Source of the DNA: Sarea resinae
Lineage: Eukaryota
Reading direction: 5' to 3'
Length of the DNA: 64,000 bases
Assembly: GCA_026026165.1 (NCBI GenBank)
Contig: JAPEUD010000013.1
Location: 186,001 to 250,000 of the forward strand
Positions 46,931 to 61,332 of the stretch are shown one piece after another; positions within the stretch are counted from its first letter, which is position 1; each line of letters begins with the position of its first letter. The notes beneath the pieces were generated by a model. It ran no database searches. It saw only the letters and a list, made by a program, of their open reading frames with translations, and was not told the DNA's origin. The position numbers were made by a program, and so were the translations under genes.

Positions 46931-49900
46931 ATGAAGGTTGACTATATGCTCGCTGGTGGCCCCGCGGTCTTGCTGGCCCTGCTCAATCTGGTTCCTACAT
47001 CTGCTGCCTTGACTTGGCCACGAGGACTCGAAGCCCGACAAGCTACGTCTTCTATTTCATCTTCGGTCTCATCATCTTCGGTCTCGGTTTCCACTACCTT
47101 GTCACCGTCGGCCAATTCAACCTCAAGCGTGAATTCGAACTCCTTTCTATCTGCTCCAAGCTCGTCGATTCCGTCCGTATCATCGAATTCGACATCCGCA
47201 CCGTTTGCATTTTCGACCCCGAACGCAACGGCATTCCCTACGGCCTTCCCGACTGGACTGTATCCAACTGGCTTTGCCGCAGCTAGCGGAGTGACTCCAT
47301 TCCCAGTCCCACCAGTGAACGCATCCTCATCGTCCACTCCATTCGGGATCCCACCATTCAATTCATCTTCGTCAGGATTCTTTCCCCCTAATGCAACGTC
47401 TGGAGTTGCAGCCCCTACTGGAGCGTCTGGGTCCGTACTACCTTCGAACCCCGCCTCGTCGCCGTCTCAGAACAGCACAGCCACCTCTCCTAGTAGTATT
47501 GGCACTAGCGCTAGCAGTTCCGCAACGCCAGACCTAGGATCGGGAAATCTCATCATCGTGGTCAACATTGATGTTACGAACAATGAGCGCAGAAAGCGTC
47601 AGGTAGCCTCCTCTTCTTCTGCATCCCCTGCTGCTGCTGCTGCTGCTACCTCTTCATACGAATACGCAGGCGGGCCTGGTGATGGAGTGGGCCCAAATGC
47701 CCATGGATCCGGTGATCATCAGGGTGACGCTGAGGGGGTTGCAAATAATCAATACATCAATGCTTATGGGCAAATGTACTCGTACAATGGTTGCGGTGCA
47801 GGAGTTCCGTGCTGCGGCGGCAGCCCTTGCGGAGCAGGAGGTCCGAATGGCCCGCAAGGCGGTGAGGGCCCTCCTGGTCCACCGGGACCGGCTGGGGCTC
47901 CTGGATCACCTGGTGCACCTGGTCCTCCGGGTGCAAATGGCGCAAATGGAGCCTCAGGTGGCCCTGGAGCCCCTGGTCCCCCAGGAGCCCCCGGCGCCCC
48001 TGCTGCACCCGGAGCCCCCGGAGCCCCCGGATCTCCCGGCGCCCCTGGAGCCCCTGGTGCCCCCGGAGCGCCTGGAGCGCCTGGAGCACCTGGGGCGCCT
48101 GGAGCGCCTGGTCCTGCAGGCGGCTCGCCTTCTTCCACTAGTAGCACTGCCACCGCTTCTGCAACAATGGCTGCCCGTGACCTGTCAAAGAAAGCTGCTA
48201 ATCTGTCCCAACGTCAGATCGGCAATATCGAAGAAAACGGAAGCGGCGGCTACATCGGCGGAGGCGGTTCAGTGGTGAACACCTGTGAAGAGGCAGCGAC
48301 ATGGGCTCTAGAGGATGGAATGCTGGGTAACACCGGCGGTGTTGTCTCCGTCAACTTTGGCGAGGCATTCACACTCATTACCCCCTCCGACTCAGAAATC
48401 TCTACTGAGTGGACTGGCCCTGCGCTGAGCTGGACGAATGGCCAGTTCCTCAATGGTGCAGCTACTTTCTGCCAAGACGACGGTGCAGTGTACGCCGTGG
48501 TAGGTGCAGGAGGACCTAATGCTTGTACTCCTGTGGCTCTTTCGTTGATCACAGGTCAGTATCGTCATCTGTTCGTATCAACCAATGTATTTTGCTAACG
48601 CCTCTTAGTGGATGAGTGTGTCGATCCTGCTTCTAACTCACCTACCAACCACAATGGTAACGGTGAAAGTACCAATAACAATATCAACAACAACAACAAC
48701 AACAACAACGACAACATCAACGACAATTTCAATAACAACACAAATGTCAACAACAATGACAATTTCAATAACAACACAAATGTCAACAACAATGACAATT
48801 TCAATAACAACACAAATGTCAACAACAACTACATCAATGGCACAGATGTCAACTATAACACTAATACCAGCACTTTCTACAACACGGAGAACAACTACAA
48901 CAATTATAACATCACGAACAACAATTACAACAGCTACAACATTTCCAACAACAACATTGTGAGCAACGTTATTAACAATCTGAACATCGACATCGACGCT
49001 CAATTCAGTTCTTACGATGTCAATTACTATTGCTATGACGAGAGCAACTATCTCGCCAAATTCTGCTACGACTGCCCGATTGTTAACGTTCAAAACAATA
49101 TCTTCATTGGTCAAACTTGCCCCACATGCCCGCCTGAGACCGTTGAAGTCACCTTCAACCAGATTGAGGAGCTGCAGGTTTGCCCTGCGCCAAGCGGAGT
49201 GTCGTTTCCCGCGACCAAGGGATTCGTCACTTACAACCTCGTCCCTGCTCCATCTTCTAGTGCTTCGGCTTCGACGAAGACCAAAACCAAGACCCAGACT
49301 GAGGAGACCAACACAATGGCTAAAATCAGCAATCAGACGTCAACTGTCCTTCCGAGCAACTCTACCACAACTAACACGATCGCACCTGGTAGTTCCTTAA
49401 CTGCACCATTCGCCAACTCTACTATCCTAAGCACAACCACTGCTACAGGCTCAGCTGTCACAGGCGAATCAGTCCAGACGATGCTCACTACTGTCACTGT
49501 CACGAAGTCCAGCACAACCATCACAACTGTCGCACCAGTGTCGTCGGTTTCATCTTTCGTTACTTCTTCAACCATTACATCAACTATCTTCCAAACTTCA
49601 GTCTCAAATGGGAAGACCGTCACTGTCCCAGTGGCAACCTCGACCGCAGTAGTCCCAGTCACTAGCATCTCTGTTGCCGCAAGTGGAGTTGAGACTGAGG
49701 TCGGAAGCCAAGAGGCCGAAACTGCTATGGCCAAAGTAATTGGAACCGCTTCTGCTATTGATATCGAGAGCCTTCCAAGTACATTTGTTGCCCAGTCGAC
49801 TGTCCTTCCAGGACAGACTATTGCCTCGGGTGTGACTATTCCGGCCGGAGTGACCATCATTCCAGGACAAACAGTGATTCCTGAATCCAGTACCGTTGCT

Positions 49901-50476
49901 CAATCGACGATTCTTCCAGGAGAGACTATTGCTCCAGGAGTCACCGTCCCAGCTGGAACGACCATCGTACCCGGACAGACCATCGTCCCAGGGTCAATCA
50001 TCTCGGAAGCCTCTGCTAACTCTCCCGGCGAGACTGCGGTTTCCTCAGGCGAGACTGCCGTTGCTCCAGGCGAGACTGCCGCTTCCTCAGGGGAGACTGC
50101 CGTTGCTCCAGGCGAGACTGCTGTTGCCCAAGGTGAGACAGCTGTTGCTACGGGCGCGACTGCCGTTGTCCAAGGTGAGACAGCTGTTGCTACGGGCGCG
50201 ACTGCGTCTGCAGGCGAGACCGGAGCCCCAGGCGCAACGATTGCCCCAGAAGAATCTATTTCAGCAGGAAGCATTGCCACTTCCGCGGAAACTGGCTCAG
50301 AAACTGCCGCCCCCAGTAAGTTCTCACACCCTTGCTTTTATCTCCTCGGCGCGAGATCTAATACTGATTACCTACCAGGCCACACTGTCGCCGCTTTCAC
50401 AGGAGCAGCTACCATGCCTACTGCACCGGCTATTGCAGGCATGGTTGCAGCCGCCGTCGCTGCTTTTGTCTTCTAA
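46931..50476 (+). CDS. Large secreted, probably GPI-anchored collagen-like surface protein/adhesin; introns ~48555-48608 and ~50316-50378
   Basis: Signal peptide; Ser/Pro-rich region; RRKRQ; ~33 Gly-X-Y triplets; Cys-containing globular module; Asn-rich repeats; Cys-rich segment; Thr/Ser/Val stalk with GETAVAP repeats; C-terminal AAFTGAA...IAGMVAAAVAAFVF. Intron 1 (GTCAGT..GCTAAC..TTAG) joins the two long ORFs in frame. Confidence 0.85.
48684..48835 (+). repeat. (AAC)n run plus a 36-bp tandem repeat encoding DNFNNNTNVNNN (~3 units)
   Basis: gacaatttcaataacaacacaaatgtcaacaacaa(t/c) repeated three times. Confidence 0.9.
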
Positions 50477-51814
50477 AGGCTGCCTGCCTTGATCGACGAA
50501 ATCGCAACGTTTCCGCTGGGCTGAATTTCTTCTCTCTTTCGGGGATAGTGCTTTACGGAGCTGAGCGTGTGGCTTTTCGACAACTATAATAACGTATGGC
50601 CTTGTTGCGAACTTCTGGCTCATCGCATGCTTTCTTCATGCTGAAAGAGGTCCGCCTTGGCCTGATACCTTGACTTGAGTATCTACGAAGTCCTCAAGCT
50701 TGAGGCAATTAATGCCTTCTATAGAGTTTCTAATGCTAATCAAAACCAAAATTTGTCATTTTTTACCTACCTCTCTAATGTGATTGCCTCGGACAATACT
50801 CCTCCCTTCCACGTACATGGATTGAGACGAAGATGTGTAATAAGCTGCATTATCGTATTCTGCGTATGCAAATGATCCGAGAAATACAACTCTCCTACCG
50901 TTCGCTCCTTTAATCCCGCGACAGACGAGATTCGACCTCAAACCCCAACAGCTATTTTCAAGACGCCTCTAGGTCGTTTCTTGATGAGGAGGCAGGTTTT
51001 GCGTGGTTTGAATCCCATTGTCATTTGGGCTGTAAATTCGCAAGGTGTTCGTACTCCCTCGAGGTCATGGGTCGGATGGCCAGGCTGCCACGTTTACTAG
51101 AAATGATCAGGCTTGACTGGACGTCCGGCCACGGCGCCTCGACACCCCATATAGATTGAAGCCCGGTCTGAGAGTAGGGATACTGAAGTTTAGCGATGTT
51201 CACTTCCAGATGTCGGTTGCGGCGCATCGTGCGTTCGGCCATCAACTCCATAACTGTACGTTAGGACAGAGAGAACGATATTTGATGCGTAGTGGTAACG
51301 CTTGCGAACCGTTCGTCTTCTATGAGGTCTGATTCGAAAGTCTAAAGAGATACTCGCCTAGCTACGCCTAGGGCGCATCGATAGAGGCGATATAGCAATC
51401 GCGTTGAATGAAATTGCTACTGCACCCCGTACTGCGAGGATCTTTCTGACTGCAGCATTAGCATGCTAAATCTGGCGTGTACCGAAGGGGAAGATCGAGG
51501 GGGTTCGCAACATCAACGAGAGATAGTTGGGGATGTTGTACTGCGCGGTGAGTGTTGGAAGTCGACTTGTGGTATTGACAATGACTAGACCAAATATAGA
51601 AAATTAGCCGACCGGTCTCGTGCTCCTCGGTCTTCGGACTCCTTGGCCGTCATCTTTCACTTCATCTCATTAAACAAAATCTTAAACTCTTCGTATCCTC
51701 AGCTTCATCTTTACCTCGCATTCGCGTCCTCTCGGTATCAGGTCTGTACTGGAATCTTCGCTCGGACAGACCTAGCACAATCAGCAGGGAGAGGGAATCT
51801 CTGATACTGACGAG

Positions 51815-52878
51815 ATGTGGTCTCCCACGCGGTTGTTCCGCATTCCTCGACCAAGGGTAAGGACCCTCATCTCTATAATCACACATGCCTTTGCCTTTCG
51901 TCATTTCCTCATAGAGAGCGTCTACTGATTCTCGGTAATATACAGACATTCCTCTATCTCATGTCCCTCCGTACAGGCACGGAATTAATTTCGCTCTCCG
52001 TGCTTCTGAACAAGGTCTCCGGCCTATATGGCTTACTCGCCATCCTCACCGGCGTCCATCTCTCGCCCCTCCAACTTAGCATGTATATCTATAGTATCAT
52101 TGCCCTCGTCTTGGTCGCTTTCTTGACTCCCTACATTCGCCGTCAGGCCCCGCTACAATGCCTTGCTCTTTCTTGGCTGTACATATTCGACACACTCATC
52201 AATGCTGCTTATACTGCTGCTTTCGGAGTTACGTGGTTCATGGTTGTAAGCAGACATGAGATTTCCGGCGGCAAGATTCCTGGAGGCGGCGGGCAGATGA
52301 TGGACGATACCGCTGGATTCACAAATCCCAAGTACAACGTTACTCGGGTCGATGTTGTCGCAACACCAGCTGCAGGACTGACGAAGGGTCAGGACGCTGT
52401 CGCTGTTGGCCAGCCCGGCGCAGACGGTTCTGTCCCAAGTCTGAGTCATGGCGTGCTGCAGCCTGAAAGCGTCTTCAGTATTGTCGTCATCTGTATCTTG
52501 TGGATGGTCCGCATCTACTTCGTGCTTGTCGTCATGGCATATGCGCGCAGCGTGCTGCGCCTATCCGCATACTCGACATCGCGGACAAATTTCTATGTCC
52601 CGACTGATCAATCTACCGAGAATCCGTTCAAAGAGGGTTCGTCAGAGGGTCAAGGCTGGAAGGGCAAGCTGGGCAGAGCCATGGTGACCGTCGGAAAGAG
52701 CTATTGGCTTGGCAATTCTAGCACGGAGGATGAAAACTGGGCGCAAGGCATGGGGTGGAAATTCATGCGCAATCGCGAAGTTCAGGGCCCGGTTGAGAGG
52801 GAGAGAAGGCGAAGGAGTGGCACAGGGCCTCCGCCGCCACCGCCTCCACAGCCTCAGCCGTTGAAGGAAGTACGGTAA
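51815..52878 (+). CDS. KEI1: Inositolphosphorylceramide synthase regulatory subunit Kei1 (DUF1753); intron ~51857-51945
   Basis: MWSPTRLFRIPRPR|TFLYLMSLRTGTELISLSVLLNKVSGLYGLLAILTG...QLSMYIYS; further TM helices; LWMVRIYFVLVVMAYAR. Confidence 0.85.
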
Positions 52879-53802
52879 TGACCTGAATGTGGAAGTTGCA
52901 CTTAATGAGGGCGTGTACATGAGGCTGTAATCAGACGGAAATGGATATGAGAAGGATGGAACCACACGTCATCAGCCGGCCCTGGCGACCGACCGGCGCC
53001 TCCGATGCAGCAGAACTAAGGATACCTGCTTGATATTACATATATGCATAATTTTCATGAAGCAGGCGCTCGGAACATTCTCCTGTGCTTGATGGATACG
53101 ATCGCACCCATGCCCCGTTCGAGTTCTTTGGAAAAGTGAAATAAGGGGGTTGCGCTGGTCTGTCTGTAAATCCGTGCACAATCTATTAAGGGGTCTGTTT
53201 CGTCCTTGAGTATGTTTGCCTCTCGTCAACTTTGGAAAGGACTCCAATACGCCGGTATTTCGTCCTACTTTCACGAGAAGATAAATATACGCATACTATT
53301 CAGCTTCTCTTGGCTATAGCATTCAAATAGATCTCACACTACTGTTGCATTACTTGTGCATTAATCAAAAGGTACTTTGACAGTAAACAAAGTGCAGAAG
53401 GACAGTAGACTAATGGCAAACACCATCTGTCACATCTTAAAGTGTATGCTATCTAACGCACATGTGAACTTGAATATCGGCGCAAGTACTTCAAAGCAAA
53501 GATAAACTTGCGAGACCGCGTTGAGCGTTGACATTAACCCCCCAATGCTTTGGGAGCGCAGAATCAAATTCAACGGCAAGAGAAATATCGAATATCCATG
53601 AAGAGCGACGTGGCGTAAGAGATTTTTCGTCATCTTCAGAGTATATTACATACGACAAGTGCTCGGAGGGGTGTACTGATTACATGAGTAAGAAGGAGAA
53701 AGGGGAAGGTATGATGGCTATGGAAGTCGTGACGATCATGATGCTTGCCGGACAGGGCAGTGTGACGAGGATCGGGTAGAAGATGGAGGAACCAGCTGCT
53801 GT

Positions 53803-54860
<1,058 letters not shown>

Positions 54861-55266
54861 ATTGGAATTCTTCGAGCCGGACTGGAGGAGAGAAGAAGAG
54901 GAGAGGTCTGATCTCGATCGTCAACCAAGATGACAGTTCAGGATCGCGGTGGAATTAATTAAATTGCTGGAGAAGGGCGGTTGTATTTCAGGAGACAACT
55001 GGTATCGATGGCTGCAGTTGACGAGTGTCGCTTCCACTCCCGCTTCCTGCGCCAAAAGGTGACGGAGTAGAAGTTCCTTCGTACCAGTCCAGCCAGGGTC
55101 GGCCAATGACACCGCTTAGTCATCCACACATTCCCTATCTGCTTTCGGCTCGCTTTTGTCGACAAGCAGAAAATAATTGCCTACGAAGATTTCGGGAAAG
55201 CCGCAGCCCTCTGCCCGCCCAACTGACGACTTTCACAAATAAGGCCTTTGCTTTGTGTAGAACACG

Positions 55267-56688
55267 ATGTCCGCCACCGTTGCAGCCCCGAGGCAATTTA
55301 AGCAGCCATCCCGAAAGGGCAAGAAAGCCTGGAGAAAAAATGTCGATATAACCCAACTTCAGGAAGGCCTGGAGGAGGTTCGCGATGAAGTGATCAAAGG
55401 GTACGCATTTCTTTGTCTCACTCTATGCTTAGGGTCTTCTTTCAACTGACATACCTTACAGTGGTATCATTGCAGAAAAGCCTTCGTCCGCTCTCTTTAC
55501 ACTCGATACCACTGGCTCGAAAGCAATCCAAAAGGCCTACCACAAGGTCCACAAGCCGTTGAAAGCAGATGAGATACTCGCACAGCGTTCGGCGATTCCA
55601 GCGGTTGATTCTCGCAAGCGCCCAGGCTCGTACGTCACTGATGGGGTCACTGAGCCTAGCAGCAAGAAGCCCAAGCGTGGAGGCGTTTCGCATAAGGAGC
55701 TCATGAGACTTAAGAAACTCGCGTATGGAGGAGGCGCCGTGCATAAGGATGTCGTTAAGGCCGATGGAGAGGTCTCTCACGATCCATGGGCAGAGAATCT
55801 GCCCGAGAGCGCCGAACGGGATCCTCAATTTTCTTTCCTGGAGCCGCCAAAGCCCAAAAGAGAGCCAAAGACCTTAAAGCGAGCACCAATATCTCTTGTA
55901 GCTAGCGGCAAGGATGCTCCGGCCGTGAAAAAGCCGGAGGCTGGGTTTAGTTACAATCCTTCCTTTCAAGATTGGGATGAAATCTTGACGAGGGAGGGCC
56001 AGAAAGAGGTCGTGGCCGAGAGGAAGAAGTTGCAAGAAGAGCAGAAGGAGAAGGAAAAGCAGGAAAGAGTTGCGGCTTCAGCGTTGGAGCAAGATCAAGA
56101 AGTTGATAGCGGAGAGGAAAGTGTATGGGAAGGAATCGAGACCGAGGCCGAGGCTGATGAAGAGGGGCCGGTGACGAAGAAGCAACCAGAGCGGAAAACA
56201 CCGGCGCAGAGGAACAAGATCAAGAAGAGGAAAGAGGCAGAGAGGCAAGCACGGTGGGACGCGCAAATGAAGAAGAGGGCGCGTCAAGCTGAGCAGATCA
56301 AAATGATCGCTAAGGCTGTCGAGGCCAGAGAAAAGGCCAAGTCCGATATTGAAGGAGACTCATTGGAGGAAGAGGACATAGACGATCGTGTCTTGCGGAG
56401 GAGAAAGCTTGGCAGAATTCCGTATGTGCTCATGTCTGAGGATCAATACTCCTATGAACCCAAACTCATTTTTTCACTAGAGTACCAGAGCAGCCACTGG
56501 AGCTCGTACTGCCCGAGGAGCTGCGTGAATCCCTACGTTTGCTCAAACCGGAAGGTAATCTCTTGAAAGATAGATACCGCAGTATGCTGGTCAGAGGGAG
56601 AGTCGAATCACGAAGGCCAATCACGCAGCCGAAGAAAGCTAGACGTGCTTATACGGAGAAGTGGACGTATAAGGATTTCAAAATTTGA
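55267..56688 (+). CDS. NOP53: 60S ribosome biogenesis factor Nop53; 2 introns
   Basis: QPSRKGKKAWRKNVD, LFTLDTTG, KPLKADEILAQRS, SYNPSFQDW; final exon PLELVLPEELRESLRLLKPEGNLLKDRYRSMLVRG..KWTYKDFKI*. Confidence 0.93.
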
Positions 56689-57235
56689 GAGGGCTGGGTT
56701 TCCTGCATATGATGATATTTAAATAGTCTTCTGTATGGTGGAACGCCAAGATGAGACTGCTTCGGCGTTTTGAGATAACCCAGTTGACCATCCACCAGCT
56801 CCCCTAGCTATGGGTTCTGCCTGTGGGATTCGGCGTTTCTGAAATGTAAATCGTATACCACGCCAAACATTTGCCTTTATGACCATATTCCCAGCGCTTC
56901 TGGATTTAGAAAGCCCTCGCGACTTATTGATATATTTTGACCGTGGCTGTCTTGTGCGTCTACTGCGTAGGGTTGCGATTCAAAAATCTTGGCATATCAA
57001 TTAGCATGGCCGGCAGCAGGGAGTTGGGGCGTGATTGCCGCACCTCGCCTCGCTCAGACTCTAAACGCCCTATGCGCCTGCCCAACTAGCGTTACGAAAT
57101 TCGATAACTCAGCGAACCCCAGAAGGTCCAGACCAGACTCGATCTCAGCATTGAACAACAACCTCAACGAGGCAGTGTCGACCGAACACCTATGCACCAT
57201 GAATCCATAGAGGGAAACAGAACATAACATCTATC

Positions 57236-58429
57236 ATGGCTCCAATCCTCCCAGCGATGGAGCACAAAGATCTCTCGTCCAACTGGAAAAAATTACAGGC
57301 CTCTTTACCCAAGAAACCAGTGCCTTCGACTACAACTACCACTCCAGCATCAGACCGCAAGCGCAAATCAACTTTCGCTCAAACCCACGCCGCGAGTCCA
57401 AGGAATCGCCGGCCGACGGAGCCGACGGGAGCGAATTCTACACACGTGTCTAAGAAGAGGAAAAGGACCGGCGGCATGGAGGACTCGGAAAGCAAGAAAA
57501 ACAATCACACCGCCAAACCCTTTACGCAATCGCCCGCGGGCAAGAATCCCTCGGCGTCTCTCGCGCTCTGGGCCCAAGATAACGATATCTCTGCCACCGA
57601 CCTCGCGGCGGCGTATGGAACAGACATCCAATCCACATCCCTAGGCAGGAGCAACACCAAGAACGACGCCAGTGAGGGCATAAATGCGGGTCTGAACAAA
57701 TCGTAAGTCTCTCATCCAAGCTTTGTCGCCAGCTACTAGCCAGCAGAGCCTGTTCTCAGCTAACAATGCGCCCTCCCACAAAGTATCCAGCCAGGCAAAT
57801 ACATCGCCCTGGACTGCGAAATGGTCGGCGTTGGCGGTAACCCCAGCGCTCCAACCCTAAGCACATCCTCGGACCGCTCCGTTCTCGCCCGTGTTTCCAT
57901 AGTCGACTACACAGGCGCCCAACTCTATGACTCCTTTGTGCTCCCCAAAGAGCGCGTCACGGACTGGCGGACTCCCGTCTCGGGTATAAGCCCTCATCAC
58001 ATGAAAGCCGCGCGGACGCTCGAGACCGTGCAAGCGGAGGTGGCGGAATTACTGCAGGATCGGATCCTCGTTGGCCATAGTATCAGACATGACCTTGACG
58101 CGTTGATGCTGGGGCATCCGAAGAGGGATATTAGGGATACGTCAAGGTTGCCTTCGTTTCGTAAATTGGCGGCGGGACGGACGCCGAGTTTGAAGAGGTT
58201 GGCGGGAGAGCTATTAGGGGTCGAGATTCAGGGCGGTGAGCACAGTAGTGTGGAAGATGCGAGGGCGAGCATGCTGTTGTTCAGGAGAAATAAAGAGGAG
58301 TTTGAGAGGGAGCATGCGAAGAAATGGCCTAGCGTGAGAGAAAAGGGAACCGAGGACATTGGAGAGGTGGATGGGGAAAAGGCGGGGCCGGCGAAGAAAA
58401 AGAAGAAGAAGAAGAAGAGTAAGAAGTGA
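57236..58429 (+). CDS. REX4: RNA exonuclease 4 (DEDDh); intron ~57703-57783
   Basis: LSSNWKKL N-terminal motif, [55 protein letters not shown], poly-Lys tail. Confidence 0.93.
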
Positions 58430-58644
58430 GCGAAAATTGTTTGTGGGTGGCAGCGTGTAAGCCTGGCATGAGTGTATTGATGGTTCTATTTGTAACCGAA
58501 TGGGAGCAATCTACACTATGATTGTCCGCCATTGTTGGCGAAAGAGTGGGAAAGGGGAATCTATTTATTCCTGCAATTACAGCCAAGGCGACCGCAAACA
58601 CAAATATGTCCTAGTAATTGCAGAGAATATGCTCGCAATCGCAC

Positions 58645-60238
58645 TCACGGCGCCTGAACCACCATCGGCACATCCTCCAACAATTCCACAGCCCCCTCCC
58701 TCCCAACCGTAATAATAACATCTCCCAGTGTCTTCGCACTAAACCCGGCCTCGCAATACGCAAAGTAGTACTCCCACTTCCTCCGAAAGATCTCGACGTC
58801 CCTATTCGTCATGCCCCTATGCTCGTCTAGTAGCGCTGGCTTGATGCGAGAATCGAAATTCCGACTGAAATTCTGGCTCCAGAGACGTAAGGTTTTGGCG
58901 TAGTGTGGACCGATGTTTTCGACAGAGTCAATGATGAGAGTGCCGTTGGAGCCGCGGTTAATAGATTCAGCGAGTTGAGTGACGGTGGGAAGGTGGCCGC
59001 CTGGGAAGATGTACTGTCGAATGAAGTCTGTGGATTTGGAGTAGGCTTCGTATCTCTGTGAAGGCGTCAGTACCGTGCGCATAAGTGAGTGTCTCGAGCT
59101 GGCAAGTTGCTCTTTTCTTCGCTATAGACACAAAGGGGCGACGTACTGTTTCTGGCATGGTGATGCACTGGAAGACTGCTACGCCACCGTCCTTTTTTAA
59201 CAATCGATCGATGCATTCGAAATACGTAGCCAGGTATTCCCGACCGACTGCTTCCAGCATTTCTATGCTCACAACCTTATCATAGTGTCCTGATTTTGGC
59301 ATGGGCAGTGCTCGATAATCACACAGCAAAACCTCCACTCTGTCCGTATACCCCGCAGCAGCTATCCTTCTCTCTGCCAGCTCTTTCTGCTCGATACTCA
59401 AGGTCAATGAAGTTACTCGGCATCCGGTCGCTTTGACCGCTGCTATAGCAAAGGATCCCCAGCCAGTTCCAATCTCAAGGACGTGATCCGAGGATTTGAT
59501 TCTTGCATTGGTGATGAATCTTTCCAACTTCCTCTCTTGGGCGCTCTCGAGATTCTCGTCAAGATGTTTCGGATCCGTTCTTGGTAACCATATGGGACAG
59601 GAGTAAGTCATATCGTCCGAAAGGAAGGCCGCGAACATTTCGTTGCTGATGTCATAGTGGGCGGCGACATTCAATTGTGACCGAGAAAGAGTGTTCGCGC
59701 TGCGGAGTAGACCAGTTATTGCCGAAGACACCGACGAGCTCAAGGTAGTCCCGTTGGAGAGCTGATTTCGATTGAGGATGAATATCTTCAAGGCCAAAAG
59801 TCAGCACAGCACTGAGGCCTACAAGACTCCGAAGGAGACAGACCTGGAAGAAGGCGACAAGGTCTGAACATTTTACCTCACCGAGCATGCAGCTCTCCGC
59901 AAAGCCCTATGGTGGGTAATTAGCACCTGTCCTTTCAATGTAACCGAAAGCCCAGAACATACCATATCTGCAAACAATGCCAGTCTGACCCAGAAGTGAT
60001 CGGACATAACTGCCAGCTCTGTCCATGGTTTACCATCGGAACCTTTAGCTATCTTCACCGGGCCGCAAACCGTAAATGCTCCGTCCGCCTCTGTAATGAT
60101 TATCTGCCCAATCTCTATGCGCCCGAGCAGACCAAGGACCGCATTTCGAGATAAAGAGACAATAGGGCCCCACGTATAATACCCTGCTTGACGCCGCAAC
60201 GCGTCAAGAATGGTCGAGACAACGCCATTGACTGCCAT
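58645..60238 (-). CDS. Cyclopropane-fatty-acyl-phospholipid synthase-like SAM methyltransferase, multi-exon
   Basis: NVAAHYDISNEMFAAFLSDDMTYSC, VLEIGTGWGSFA, YDKVVSIEMLEAVG, DFIRQYIFPGGHLP, HYAKTLRLW, RKWEYYFAYCEAGF. Confidence 0.92.
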
Positions 60239-61332
60239 GATGAGACCAAGTACAGTCGGGGATGTCAGAACACAGATAGATGAGTATCGAGGCCGTATTG
60301 CCAAGATATTGTGGGTAGATGGGAGAGATAGGTTGTGTCTGATGCGAGCAGACGAAACTAATCAAGGAAAGATCACCATTCTCAGGCGTGCCTCAGATTG
60401 AATTCACTGGGGTATGTGCATGAAAGAGAGCATGCGGGTTGGGGGCCCAGGTGAGAGAAAGGTCTCTCATAGAGGTGAATATTCAATAACGAACCAGAGG
60501 CTGTCGGCCGTGTAAGGCGGGACGACATCTGGAGAAGGTGAGCAATGGACAGACATGGTTGTAATATTAGTGAGATGGCTTGAGAGAAGCGCGAAGCCCC
60601 CGAAGAATAGTGGAGCGGTGCCAGACACATGCATCAGGAATGGAGAATTGATTGACTGGAAGACTGAGGTGAGCGGAAGCTGCATCCTACGATTACCCTT
60701 TGAAGCGTGTCATGACGTCTTCTCCGACTTAGACTCGAACAGAGCGATACGACTCATGGACCTCAATACGAGATTCGAAGACGATCAACCGTACTCACTA
60801 TCGCATGTAGTTCGAGAGGAAATGAATCAACCGTTCGCGCGTTTGCAGCAACATATGTGATCACGATTAACGTTTGCAGGCGGGCCGTTTCTACGATGCC
60901 CTCGAGTTGCACAACTGACCGAAGATCGCGTCGGCCAGGAACGTAGAGAGACCCTGGTCCTTCCCGTCGCGACCTCATCTTCGCTATCTCCCCGCAGTAA
61001 ACGCCCGATCGACAACAATAAGGTAGCGGATTTGAACAGCGTAGACAAGTTTTCATTAGAATGATGCGCCATACTATATTGTGAGCCGATGGGTGAAGCT
61101 TCAAGGCATCCGTCACTGTTGAGCTCCCCTCATCCTCATTTGACCACAATCGACGAATGACGACGGCTCTCGGTAAGGGCCGCCAGATGGGCTTTCTCGC
61201 GTCGCGTCGCGTCGACCGTCCCGGAATTCTCAACCTGCGATCAAGCAGAAACCCTCAGGTTGATACGATACGCGCATCGCTCAGGTCGCCAAATTGCACG
61301 ACCATTGTTTAAGCAAATTCAGACTCTCCAAT

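Noticed and set aside
47764..48153. Antisense ORF that also reads as collagen-like (PGAPGA)n
   Set aside because: GGN-GCN-CCN repeats are self-complementary at codon level. There is no signal peptide or independent gene structure.
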